Shown here: in pieces, positions 7,210 to 18,044 of the stretch
Layout of the letters: every line of letters starts with the position of its first letter
How positions within the stretch are numbered: position 1 is the stretch's first letter
Assembly: GCA_035604615.1 (NCBI GenBank)
Contig: DATNID010000048.1
Coordinates: 9,681-33,680 of the forward strand
Origin: Stellaceae bacterium
GTDB lineage: Bacteria > Pseudomonadota > Alphaproteobacteria > ATCC43930 > CGMCC-115725
Length of the DNA stretch: 24,000 nt
Direction of reading: 5' to 3'
Program-made: the position numbers and the translations under genes
Notes under the pieces: generated by a model
What the model was told of the DNA's origin: nothing
Databases searched by the model: none
Seen by the model: the letters and a program-made list of their open reading frames with translations, nothing else

Positions 7210-8146
7210 GCGCAAGCGGCGCGCGCCGCCCATCGCATCGCGCCATTGCGAGGCCTTTCTCGAGATGCTCGCGGCCGAGCGCGGCGCGGCCCGGCTCACG
7301 CTCGAGGCCTATCGCAATGACCTCGCCGATTGCGCCCGCATCCTCGCCGCCACGGGACAGACGCTCGAGAAAGCGACGACGGAGGATCTGCGCCGCTATT
7401 TCGCCGTGCTCGCCCGCGCGCGCATGAAGCCGCGCACCGCGGCGCGGCGCCTCTCCGCGTTGCGTCAGTTCTTCCGTTTTCTCGTGCTCGACGGCGTGCG
7501 GCGCGACGATCCGACCGCTGCGCTCGACGGGCCGCGCCTCGGCCGTCCGCTGCCCAAGGTGCTGCGCGAAGACGAGGCCGCGTCGCTCGTCGCAGCTTCG
7601 TGCGAATGGCCGGGACCGGAAGGCACGCGGCTGCGCGCCATGATCGAGCTGCTCTACGGCGCTGGCCTGCGCGTCTCGGAGCTGGTGGGGCTGCCGCACG
7701 CCGCCGCGCGGCGCGACCCGCGTTTCCTCATCGTGCGCGGCAAGGGCGACAAGGAACGGCTGGTGCCGCTGGGGGAGCCGGCCCGCGCCGCGCTCGCGGA
7801 CTATCTCGCGGTACGCGCTCATTTCCTCGCCGAGGGCGCGACGTCGCCGTTCCTGTTTCCCTCGCGCGGGCGCACGGGGCATCTGACGCGCGAGCGCTGC
7901 GGCCAGCTCGTCAAGGAATTGGCGCTGCGCGCAGGGCTCGACCCGGCGCGCCTCTCGCCGCACGTGCTGCGCCACGCCTTCGCGAGCCATCTCCTCGACC
8001 ACGGCGCCGATCTGCGCAGCGTGCAGGCGATGCTCGGCCACGCCGACATTGCCACGACGCAGATCTATACCCATGTCGAGCGCGGGCGGCTCGAGCGCCT
8101 GGTGGCGGCGCATCATCCGCTGGCGCGCAAGCGCAAGGCCGGCTGA
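7148..8146 (+). CDS. xerD: Site-specific tyrosine recombinase XerD
   Basis: N-terminal SAM-like domain: FLEMLAAERGAARLTLEAYRNDL. Catalytic motifs GLRVSEL, HVLRHAFASHLL and ATTQIYTHV. The start is uncertain. ATG 7148 overlaps the upstream gene by 62 nt, TTG 7193 is an alternative, and ATG 7265 would truncate the conserved N-terminus. Confidence 0.9.
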   Translation: MAASPTRARSPSRRPLTRASERKRRAPPIASRHCEAFLEMLAAERGAARLTLEAYRNDLADCARILAATGQTLEKATTEDLRRYFAVLARARMKPRTAARRLSALRQFFRFLVLDGVRRDDPTAALDGPRLGRPLPKVLREDEAASLVAASCEWPGPEGTRLRAMIELLYGAGLRVSELVGLPHAAARRDPRFLIVRGKGDKERLVPLGEPARAALADYLAVRAHFLAEGATSPFLFPSRGRTGHLTRERCGQLVKELALRAGLDPARLSPHVLRHAFASHLLDHGADLRSVQAMLGHADIATTQIYTHVERGRLERLVAAHHPLARKRKAG

Positions 8147-8158
8147 GGATCGCGCGCG

Positions 8159-9112
8159 ATGCGGTATTTCCTCGATTTCGAGAAGCCGCTTGCCGAGCTC
8201 GAGGGCAAGATCGAGGAGTTGCGCCATCTCGCCTCGGGCGGCGATCTCAACATCGCCGATGAGGTCGACCGGCTCGAGGCCAAGGCGAGCCGGCTGCTGC
8301 GCCAGACCTTCGCCAAGCTCACGCCCTTGCAGAAGGTGCAGCTCGCGCGTCATCCCGACCGCCCGCACGGCACGGCCTATCTCGCCGCGCTGGTCGGCGA
8401 CTTCACCGCGCTCGCCGGCGACCGCGCCTTCGCCGAGGACCGCGCCATCGTCGGCGGGCTGGGGCGGTTCCGCGGCATCTCGGTGGTGGCGATCGCGCAC
8501 GAGAAGGGCAGCGACACCGACAGCCGCGTCAAACACAATTTCGGCATGGCGCGCCCCGAGGGCTATCGCAAGGCGCAGCGGCTGATGCGGCTCGCCGAGC
8601 GCTTCCGCCTGCCGGTCTTGTGCTTCGTCGACACCGCGGGGGCATATCCCGGCGTCGATGCCGAGGAGCGCGGCCAGGCCGAGGCGATCGCGCGCACCAT
8701 CGAGACCGGCCTGTCGCTGACCGTGCCGTTCGTCGCCACGGTCATCGGCGAGGGCGGATCGGGCGGCGCCATCGCGCTCGCCGCCGCGGACAGCGTGCTG
8801 ATGCTCGAAAACGCGACCTATTCGGTGATCTCGCCAGAGGGCTGCGCCTCGATCCTGTGGCGCAGCGCCGACAAGGTCGCCGACGCCGCCGAGGCGCTGC
8901 GCTTGACGGCGCACGATCTGCTGCGGCTCGGCGTCATCGACGCGATCGTGCCGGAACCGCTGGGCGGCGCCCATCGCGACCCGGCGGCGGCGATCGCCGC
9001 GGCGGGGACTGCGATCGACGCCGCGTTGCGCCCGCTCCTCGGCATCGACGGCGGCGAATTGCGGCGACGGCGGCGCGACAAATTCCTGGCCATGGGAAAG
9101 CGCGGCTTGTGA
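8159..9112 (+). CDS. accA: Acetyl-CoA carboxylase carboxyltransferase alpha subunit
   Basis: 317 aa. MRYFLDFEKPLAELEGKIEELR, ARHPDRPH, FVDTAGAYPGVDAEERGQAEAIA, VIGEGGSGGAIAL. GAGGA lies 9 nt upstream of the ATG. Confidence 0.95.
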   Translation: MRYFLDFEKPLAELEGKIEELRHLASGGDLNIADEVDRLEAKASRLLRQTFAKLTPLQKVQLARHPDRPHGTAYLAALVGDFTALAGDRAFAEDRAIVGGLGRFRGISVVAIAHEKGSDTDSRVKHNFGMARPEGYRKAQRLMRLAERFRLPVLCFVDTAGAYPGVDAEERGQAEAIARTIETGLSLTVPFVATVIGEGGSGGAIALAAADSVLMLENATYSVISPEGCASILWRSADKVADAAEALRLTAHDLLRLGVIDAIVPEPLGGAHRDPAAAIAAAGTAIDAALRPLLGIDGGELRRRRRDKFLAMGKRGL

Positions 9113-9149
9113 CCCTATATCAGCCTCTCCCGTCGAGGCGAGGTGACCC

Positions 9150-9881
9150 ATGACGCCGCAAGAACGAGACCTCATCGTTTCCCTGTTCAGCCGCCTTCAA
9201 CAGGCGGCGAACCAGCCCACGGACCGCGACGCCGAGGCGCTCATCGGCCAGTGCGTGGCGCAGCAGCCCGACGCGCCCTACCTCCTGGTCCAGACCGTGC
9301 TGATCCAGGACATGGCGATGGGCGAGGCGCACAACCGCATCACCGAGCTGGAACGTCAGCTCGCCGAGGCCAAGACAGCCCAGCCGCCGCCGAGCTTTCT
9401 TGGCGCCGCGCGCGGCAGCGTGCCCTCCGCCGGCCCGTGGGGCCGGCCCACCGCACCCGCGCCGGGGCCGGGACCTGCGTGGAGCCCGGTCGGCGCGGCT
9501 CCCGCGCCGGCCGCGCCGCCTGCCGCTCCAACCATGGCGCCGTTGGCAATGCCGGGCGCGAGCTCGGGCTTCCTGCGCCAGGCGGCCACGACCGCGGCCG
9601 GCATCGCCGGCGGCGCGCTGCTGTTCCAGGGGATCAGTTCGCTGTTCGGGCCGCATTACGGCGGCATGCTCTCCGGCGTGCAGCTGCAACCGGGGCTGGG
9701 CGAGACCGTGATCAACAACTACTACGACAGCCCGGCGCCATCCGCGCCCGAGACGGAGCAAGCGGATTGGAGCCAGGGTTCCAGCGATCAGGATTTCGCC
9801 CAAGCCCAGGATGTGTCGGACCAGGACTACAGTACCGACGACGGCGGCTCGGGCGATGACGGCGGCAGCATCGACGTCTGA
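9150..9881 (+). CDS. DUF2076-family protein
   Basis: 243 aa. The N-terminal MTPQERDLIVSLFSRLQQAANQPTDRDAEALIGQCVAQQPDAPYLLVQTVLIQDMAM is the DUF2076 pattern as I recall it. It is followed by a Pro/Ala-rich linker, a hydrophobic AAGIAGGALLF segment and an acidic tail. GAGGTG is upstream. Confidence 0.8.
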   Translation: MTPQERDLIVSLFSRLQQAANQPTDRDAEALIGQCVAQQPDAPYLLVQTVLIQDMAMGEAHNRITELERQLAEAKTAQPPPSFLGAARGSVPSAGPWGRPTAPAPGPGPAWSPVGAAPAPAAPPAAPTMAPLAMPGASSGFLRQAATTAAGIAGGALLFQGISSLFGPHYGGMLSGVQLQPGLGETVINNYYDSPAPSAPETEQADWSQGSSDQDFAQAQDVSDQDYSTDDGGSGDDGGSIDV

Positions 9882-9896
9882 GACGCCGCGCCGCGC

Positions 9897-10565
9897 TCAG
9901 GCCGGCGCGCGCACGCTGTAGCCGGCGCCGCGCACGGTGTGCAGCAGCGGGTGATCGAAGCCCTTGTCGATCTTCTGCCGCAATCGGCTCACATGCACGT
10001 CGATGACGTTGGTCTGCGGATCGAAGTGATGATCCCACACCTTCTCGAGCAGCATCGTGCGCGTGACGATGTCGCCGGCATGGCGCATCAGGTATTCGAG
10101 CAGGCTGAACTCGCGCGGCAGGAGATCGATGGCGCGGCCGGCGCGGGTCACGGTGCGCGCGATCAGGTCCATTTCGAGATCGGCGACGACGAGCCTCGTT
10201 TCGGCCGAGCCGCGGCGGGTCAATGCCTCGAGCCGCGCCAGCAGCTCGGAGAAGGCGAACGGCTTGGGCAGGTAATCGTCGCAGCCGGCGCGCAGACCGG
10301 TGACACGGTCCTCGACCGCGCCCATCGCGCTCAGCACCAGGACGGGCGTCAGATCGCGCGCCGCGCGCAGCGCCGCGACGATGCTCAGCCCGTCGAACTC
10401 GGGCAACATGCGGTCGATGATCATGGCATCGAAGCGGCCCTCGCGCGCGCGCTCGAGCCCCTGGCGGCCCTCGTCCGCAAGGTCGACGCGATGGCCGCTC
10501 TCGGTCAGGCCCTTGACCAGATAGGCCGCCGCCTCGCGATCGTCCTCGATGACGAGGATGCGCAT
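9897..10565 (-). CDS. OmpR-family response regulator (CusR/CopR-like receiver plus winged helix)
   Basis: MRILVIEDDREAAAYLVKGLTESGH...DAMIIDRMLP...DDYLPKPFAFSELLARL...LLPREFSLLEYLM...VRGAGY. The track begins at GTG 10568. ATG 10565 gives the typical MRILV start and overlaps the degP stop (TGATG). Confidence 0.9.
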   Translation of the reverse strand: MRILVIEDDREAAAYLVKGLTESGHRVDLADEGRQGLERAREGRFDAMIIDRMLPEFDGLSIVAALRAARDLTPVLVLSAMGAVEDRVTGLRAGCDDYLPKPFAFSELLARLEALTRRGSAETRLVVADLEMDLIARTVTRAGRAIDLLPREFSLLEYLMRHAGDIVTRTMLLEKVWDHHFDPQTNVIDVHVSRLRQKIDKGFDHPLLHTVRGAGYSVRAPA

Positions 10566-12154
10566 CACCCGGCGCCGCCGCCCATCGTGAGCGCCACGAA
10601 CTGATTGACGCCGTGGCGGTTGATGAGGAAGAGCAGGGACTTCGTGCCGCTCTTCTTCATCGCGTCAAGCTTGGTGGTGACGTCCTTGGTCGAGGTCACC
10701 GGCTCCTGATTGATGGCCTGGATAACGTCGCCCGGCGCCAAGCCCAGCTCGGCGAGCGGGCTCTTCTCCGCCACCGACGTGACCACCACGCCCTTCACCG
10801 ACTTCGGCACGCTCAACTCGCGGCGCAGCTCCGGCGTCAGTGGGGCGAGCTTCATGCCCATGGCGCTCGCCGATTGCGGCTTGGACGCAGGCCCGGGCTC
10901 CTCGTTGCGCGCCATTTGTTCCGGGTTCTCGGGCATGGCGGCGATCGCAGCCTCGAGCGTCTGCGCATGCCCGTCGCGCCACACCTCGACCAGGGCCTTC
11001 TGCCCCACCGGCGTCTCGGCCACCGCAAGCGGCAGGTCCCGCAGTTTGGCGATGTCGTGCCCGTCGAACCGCACGATCGCGTCGCCCTGCTTGATGCCGA
11101 CCTTTTCCGCCGGGCCGCCGGGGGTCACGTCGGCGACCAGCGCACCCTGCGCCTTGGGCAGGCCGAGGCTCCGGGCGAGTTCGGGCGTCACTTCCTGGAT
11201 CTGCACGCCGAGCCAGCCGCGCTGGACCTTGCCGTGGTCCTTGAGCTGATCGATCACGGGCCGGGCCAGGTTAGACGGGATGGCGAAGCCGATCCCGACC
11301 GAGCCGCCGTTGGGCGAATAGATCGCCGTGTTGATGCCGATCACCTTGCCGTCGAGCGCGAAGGTCGGGCCGCCGGAATTGCCGCGGTTGATGGCGGCAT
11401 CGATCTGGAGAAAGTCGTCATAGGGGCCGGAATGGATGTCGCGGCCGCGCGCCGAGATGATGCCCGAGCTGACCGTGCCGCCGAGCCCGAAGGGATTGCC
11501 CACGGCGAGCACCCAGTCGCCCACCTGCATCGCTCCGCTGTCGCCCCATTCGACGAAGGGCAGCGGCTTGGGCGCATCGATCTTGATGAGGGCGAGATCG
11601 GTCTTGGGATCGCGTCCCACCACTTTGGCCGGATGCTTGGTGTCGTCCTGGAAGATGACGGTGACCTTGTCGGCGTTCTCGACCACGTGGTTGTTGGTGA
11701 CGACGTCGCCCGACGCGTCGATGATGAAGCCGGAGCCCAGCGCCACGCGCTGGCCGCGCGGCTCCGTCGGCGTGCGCCCGCCGTTGCGGCCCTGCTGCTG
11801 GTCGAAGAAGCGGCGCAGGAATTCGTCGAACGGCGATTGTGGCAGGTTGGGCCGCGGCGTCGCGTGGGGCTGGTCCTTGGGCTGGTCGTTGTCGTTGTCG
11901 CTGTCCGGATCGTCCTCGTCCTCGTCGGTGGCGGCGCCGGCCTTCATGGTGACCGAGACGTTGACCACCGCCGGCATTACCTTCTTCACCAAGGGCGCCA
12001 AGGTCGGCATTTGCACGATGGGAGGCTGGGCCGTCTGCGCCAGCGCCACAGGCGACCATGCCAGCGACAGCGCGGCCGCGGCGGCAAGCGCGCCCAGGCG
12101 GAACCGCGGCGCGGCGTCGGCGGGAAGGCAAGCGTGGATCGGGGACAAGGACAT
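10565..12154 (-). CDS. degP: Periplasmic serine endoprotease, DegP/DegQ/HtrA family (two PDZ domains)
   Basis: 529 aa from ATG 12154, with GAGAGG upstream. Signal peptide LGALAAAAALSLAWSPVALAQ. Catalytic-triad contexts TNNHVV, DLALIKI and GNSGGP. Two PDZ-like regions. The track ORF 10565..14533 is an artefactual fusion through secA. Confidence 0.93.
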   Translation of the reverse strand: MSLSPIHACLPADAAPRFRLGALAAAAALSLAWSPVALAQTAQPPIVQMPTLAPLVKKVMPAVVNVSVTMKAGAATDEDEDDPDSDNDNDQPKDQPHATPRPNLPQSPFDEFLRRFFDQQQGRNGGRTPTEPRGQRVALGSGFIIDASGDVVTNNHVVENADKVTVIFQDDTKHPAKVVGRDPKTDLALIKIDAPKPLPFVEWGDSGAMQVGDWVLAVGNPFGLGGTVSSGIISARGRDIHSGPYDDFLQIDAAINRGNSGGPTFALDGKVIGINTAIYSPNGGSVGIGFAIPSNLARPVIDQLKDHGKVQRGWLGVQIQEVTPELARSLGLPKAQGALVADVTPGGPAEKVGIKQGDAIVRFDGHDIAKLRDLPLAVAETPVGQKALVEVWRDGHAQTLEAAIAAMPENPEQMARNEEPGPASKPQSASAMGMKLAPLTPELRRELSVPKSVKGVVVTSVAEKSPLAELGLAPGDVIQAINQEPVTSTKDVTTKLDAMKKSGTKSLLFLINRHGVNQFVALTMGGGAG

Positions 12155-12258
12155 GGGCAACCTCTCGACCAAGGGCAGACTGCGCCGCCGCGCGTTACGC
12201 GGCGCCGTCCCAGGGATTACATATTTGTCATCCGGCGACGAATTCCAGGGCGGCGTGT

Positions 12259-14955
<2,697 letters not shown>

Positions 14956-15213
14956 CAATACCTCGAGCGGGGGGCGGGCAGGCGGTGTCCGTCGTTTGCG
15001 CGACAGATGAGAGATAGGGTCGCCAACAGAGGCTGTCAATTCACGTTCCCCGGCGACCGGACCGACGACATTGTGTCAAACCCGTGGCGACCGCCGTTCC
15101 AGCGACTCGGGGCCGATTTCCGCGACCCTTCGCCGCTTGTTTGCCGCCGTCCGATATGCTTTATGCCCGCCGTGATCCGCCCCCCGGCGGGCGCTCAGTC
15201 CGAAGGATGGCCC

Positions 15214-16311
15214 ATGACGCCGCGTGCGTTGATCGGAATTTTTGTCCTGGCGCTCGCCGTCTCGCCGGCGCTGGCCCAGCAGAAGCCCGCGACCCCGGCG
15301 CCGAAGAAGGAACAGCCGGCGGCGAAGAAGGAGTCGGCCGCGTCGCAGAAATCCGAAGCGCCGGGCGGCGACCCGGTGGTCGCCCGCGTCAACGGCGTCG
15401 CCATCTACCGCTCCGATCTCGAGGCGCTGCGCGCGACCCTGCCGGCACAGGCGCAGCAGGAGGCGCCGGACAAACTTTATCCCAAGCTGCTCGATCAGAG
15501 CGTCGCGCTCCAGCTCGTGTCCCAGGCCGCGCGCAAGGAAAAGCTCAACGACGACCCGCGGGTCAAGAAGATGGCGGCGCTCAGCGAGGAGCAGATTCTC
15601 CAGGACGCCTATTTCGACGGCATGATGCGCAAGGAGATCACCGAGGCGAAGCTGCACCAGCGCTTCGATCAGCAGGTCAAGTCCGCGGCGCCGCGCGAGG
15701 AGGTCCATGCGCGACACATCCTGGTGCCCACCGAGGACGAGGCGAAGGCGCTCATCGACCAGATCAAGAAGGGCGCCGATTTCGCCAAGCTCGCGTCGGA
15801 GAAGACGACCGACCCCGCCGGGAAGGCCTCGGGCGGCGATCTCGGCTATTTCGCCGAGACCGACATGGTGCCGGAATTCGCCAAGGTCGCTTTCTCGCTG
15901 AAGCCGGGCGAGATTTCCCAGACCCCGGTCAAGACGCAGTTCGGCTGGCACGTGATCAAGGTCGAGGACCGCCGCCAATCGAAGCCGCCGACCTACGAGG
16001 AGATCGCACCGCAACTTGCGCGCCAGATGGCGCAAGAGCTTTATGCCCAGAAGGTGAAGCAGATGGCCTCGGTGGCGAAGATCGAGGTGTTCAACCCGGA
16101 CGGCAGCAAGCCCGCGCCTGTGCCCGCACCGGCAGCCCCGCCCGCCGCCGCGGCCGCGCCGGCCGCGCCGCCGCCATCGACTCCGGCTCCCGTCGCCACC
16201 GCGCCGCAGCAGCCCGAGCTGCTGCCGCTCCAGAATGGCACGCCCTCGAGCCCGCCTGCGGCGTCCGGCCCGCCGACGCTGGCGCCGGCGACCCAGAATC
16301 TCGGGAAATAG
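15214..16311 (+). CDS. Parvulin-type peptidyl-prolyl cis-trans isomerase (SurA/PrsA-like), secreted
   Basis: 365 aa from ATG 15214, with GAAGGA upstream. Signal peptide MTPRALIGIFVLALAVSPALAQ. Rotamase core HARHILV...GGDLGYF...EFAKVAFSLKPGEIS.PVKTQFGWHVIKVEDRR. It has a long Pro/Ala-rich C-terminal tail. Confidence 0.88.
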   Translation: MTPRALIGIFVLALAVSPALAQQKPATPAPKKEQPAAKKESAASQKSEAPGGDPVVARVNGVAIYRSDLEALRATLPAQAQQEAPDKLYPKLLDQSVALQLVSQAARKEKLNDDPRVKKMAALSEEQILQDAYFDGMMRKEITEAKLHQRFDQQVKSAAPREEVHARHILVPTEDEAKALIDQIKKGADFAKLASEKTTDPAGKASGGDLGYFAETDMVPEFAKVAFSLKPGEISQTPVKTQFGWHVIKVEDRRQSKPPTYEEIAPQLARQMAQELYAQKVKQMASVAKIEVFNPDGSKPAPVPAPAAPPAAAAAPAAPPPSTPAPVATAPQQPELLPLQNGTPSSPPAASGPPTLAPATQNLGK

Positions 16312-16317
16312 CGGCCC

Positions 16318-17550
16318 ATGCCCGGCGCGGTCTCGCCGCTCGCGCCGGCGGGCTTTCCCGGTCTGCCGCCAATCGCCGGGGTGCGGCTCGGCTCGGCCCG
16401 GTGCGGCATCCGCTACCGCGACCGGCGCGATCTCATGGTGGCGGTGCTCGATCCGGGTACCGCGGTCGCCGGCGTCTTCACCCGGTCCCTGACCCCCGGC
16501 GCTCCGGTCGATTGGTGCCGCGAGTGCCTGCCGCGCGGCCGGGCCCGCGCCGTGGTCGTCAATTCCGGCAATGCCAACGTGTTCACCGGCCGCGCCGGGC
16601 GCGTCACGGTCGCAGCCACGGCCGAGGAAGCCGCGCGCCTCCTCGGCTGCGATGCGCGCGAGGTCTATGTCTCCTCGACCGGCGTCATCGGCGAGGCGCT
16701 CGCCGCCGACAAGATCGTGGCCGCGCTCGCCATCGCCTTCGCCGAGGCCGCGCCGGCCAATTGGCGCGACGCCGCCGAGGCGATCATGACCACCGATACC
16801 TTCGCCAAGGCCGCGACCGCGAGCGCCGCCATCGACGGCACGCGCGTCACCATCAACGGCATCGCCAAGGGCTCCGGCATGATCGCGCCCGACATGGCGA
16901 CCATGCTCGCCTATGTGTTCACCGATGCCTCGATCCCGGCACCGGTGCTGCAGGTCCTGCTGCGCAACGCGACCGAGCGCTCGTTCAACTGCATCACCGT
17001 CGACGGCGACACCTCGACCAGCGACACGGTGCTGCTGCTGGCGACGGGGAAGGCCGGGCATGCATCGCCCGCGTCGGCGCTTGACAAGCGGCTCATGGAT
17101 TTCCGGCGCGCGCTCGACCGGGTGATGATCGACCTTGCGCAGCAGATCGTGCGCGACGGCGAGGGCGCCGAGAAGTTCGTCACCATCGCTGTCGCCGGCG
17201 CCGCCTCGCACCGCGCCGCGCGCAGGATCGGCCTCGCGGTCGGCAACTCGCCTTTGGTCAAGACGGCGATCGCGGCCGGCGACGCCAATTGGGGCCGCAT
17301 CGTCATGGCGGTGGGGAAGGCGGGAGAGAAGGCCGATCGCGACCGGCTTTCGATCAGCGTCGGCGGTGTCAGGATCGCCGAGAACGGCGCCCCGGTGGTG
17401 GGCTACGACGAGGCGCCGGTGGCGCGCCACATGGCGGGACGTGACATCGCGATCGCCATCGATCTCGGCCTAGGACGCGGCCGCGCCACAGTATGGAGCT
17501 GCGATCTGACGCATCGCTACATCGACATCAACGGCAGCTATCGCAGCTAG
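16318..17550 (+). CDS. argJ: Bifunctional glutamate N-acetyltransferase / amino-acid acetyltransferase
   Basis: 410 aa. VAGVFTRS, VVNSGNANVFTG, TTDTFAK, self-cleavage context ATMLAYVFTDA, GDANWGRIVMAVG, and a C-terminal YIDINGSYRS. Confidence 0.94.
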   Translation: MPGAVSPLAPAGFPGLPPIAGVRLGSARCGIRYRDRRDLMVAVLDPGTAVAGVFTRSLTPGAPVDWCRECLPRGRARAVVVNSGNANVFTGRAGRVTVAATAEEAARLLGCDAREVYVSSTGVIGEALAADKIVAALAIAFAEAAPANWRDAAEAIMTTDTFAKAATASAAIDGTRVTINGIAKGSGMIAPDMATMLAYVFTDASIPAPVLQVLLRNATERSFNCITVDGDTSTSDTVLLLATGKAGHASPASALDKRLMDFRRALDRVMIDLAQQIVRDGEGAEKFVTIAVAGAASHRAARRIGLAVGNSPLVKTAIAAGDANWGRIVMAVGKAGEKADRDRLSISVGGVRIAENGAPVVGYDEAPVARHMAGRDIAIAIDLGLGRGRATVWSCDLTHRYIDINGSYRS

Positions 17551-17561
17551 CGCGCGGCCGG

Positions 17562-17789
17562 TCACAGCCGGTCGCGGCACCAGCACCACACCTCGATGCC
17601 GCGGATATCGAACAGGCGAATACCGTCGGGCCGCTGCCGGTCGCTGACGTTGACGCCGAGCGATTTCAACTGCGACTGGGCTTCGCGCCTGGCGTGATCC
17701 AGGTTCGCCGCGGCGATCACGCCGCATTCCGGGGTCTCGTGGAAGCGGGGATGGGACGAGAACCGGACCGTTTCGTATTGGTAGATCAT
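17562..17789 (-). CDS. Hypothetical 75-aa protein with no family recognised
   Basis: ATG 17789 preceded by AGGGGG about 9 nt upstream. Third-codon positions are GC-rich like the host genes. Translation: MIYQYETVRFSSHPRFHETPECGVIAAANLDHARREAQSQLKSLGVNVSDRQRPDGIRLFDIRGIEVWCWCRDRL. It converges on argJ with 11 nt between the stop codons. Confidence 0.55.
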   Translation of the reverse strand: MIYQYETVRFSSHPRFHETPECGVIAAANLDHARREAQSQLKSLGVNVSDRQRPDGIRLFDIRGIEVWCWCRDRL

Positions 17790-17943
17790 GACCGACTACC
17801 CCCTGTTCTAAAAAGGCCGCGTGATGAGGCGAAGCTCATCTTCATGACAAAAAATACGAACCGGTTTCCCTGTCGGATCACAGTGATAGAGGTCACACGG
17901 CGGTCCGGAACCCGGCTCGCCCGGCGGCCTAATTTCTGCGCCG

Positions 17944-17971
17944 TTGATGGCTAATTTTTATTAATTATAAG
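17944..17971 (+). promoter_or_regulatory. Sigma70-like promoter candidate for the GrlR-like gene
   Basis: TTGATG (17944-17949), a 16-nt AT-rich spacer, then TATAAG (17966-17971). This lies about 75 nt upstream of GTG 18045. An ATTTCC-N13-GGAAAT inverted repeat (17980-18004) lies between it and the RBS AGAGGGG. Confidence 0.35.
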
Positions 17972-18044
17972 TCGCGCCCATTTCCGGCAAGCGCATCGGG
18001 AAATCGCGTTATTCTGCGCTCCATCGCGGCAAGAGGGGCCGACC

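Noticed and set aside
5569-7299. Very long antisense ORFs throughout the window: 320..1432(+), 3582..4685(+), 5569..7299(-), 7061..9175(-), 10613..12262(+), 12934..14829(+), 15076..17430(-) and 19856..21997(+).
   Set aside because: Each lies opposite a gene with clear family motifs (cobS, aroB, xerD/accA, degP, secA, PPIase/argJ, pqiB). Their translations are Arg/Gly/Ala/Pro-rich with no motifs. This is the classic stop-codon-poor shadow-frame artefact of high-GC DNA.
7148-8146. Tyrosine recombinase as a marker of an integrative element or genomic island.
   Set aside because: The sequence is a full-length housekeeping XerD in the conserved xerD-accA context. There is no flanking tRNA, att-like repeat or phage/plasmid gene.
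12186-12204. GC hairpin CGCCGCG-cgtta-CGCGGCG between secA and degP, considered as an intrinsic terminator.
   Set aside because: There is no U-tract on the transcribed (minus) strand after the stem. It is a short stem of a kind common by chance in GC-rich DNA.
17844-17954. 36-codon plus-strand ORF (MTKNTNRFPCRITVIEVTRRSGTRLARRPNFCAVDG) in the divergent intergenic region.
   Set aside because: There is no Shine-Dalgarno at a usable distance, the initial codons are AT-rich and atypical for this genome, and the peptide is Arg-rich and shadow-like. It more likely just overlaps regulatory DNA.
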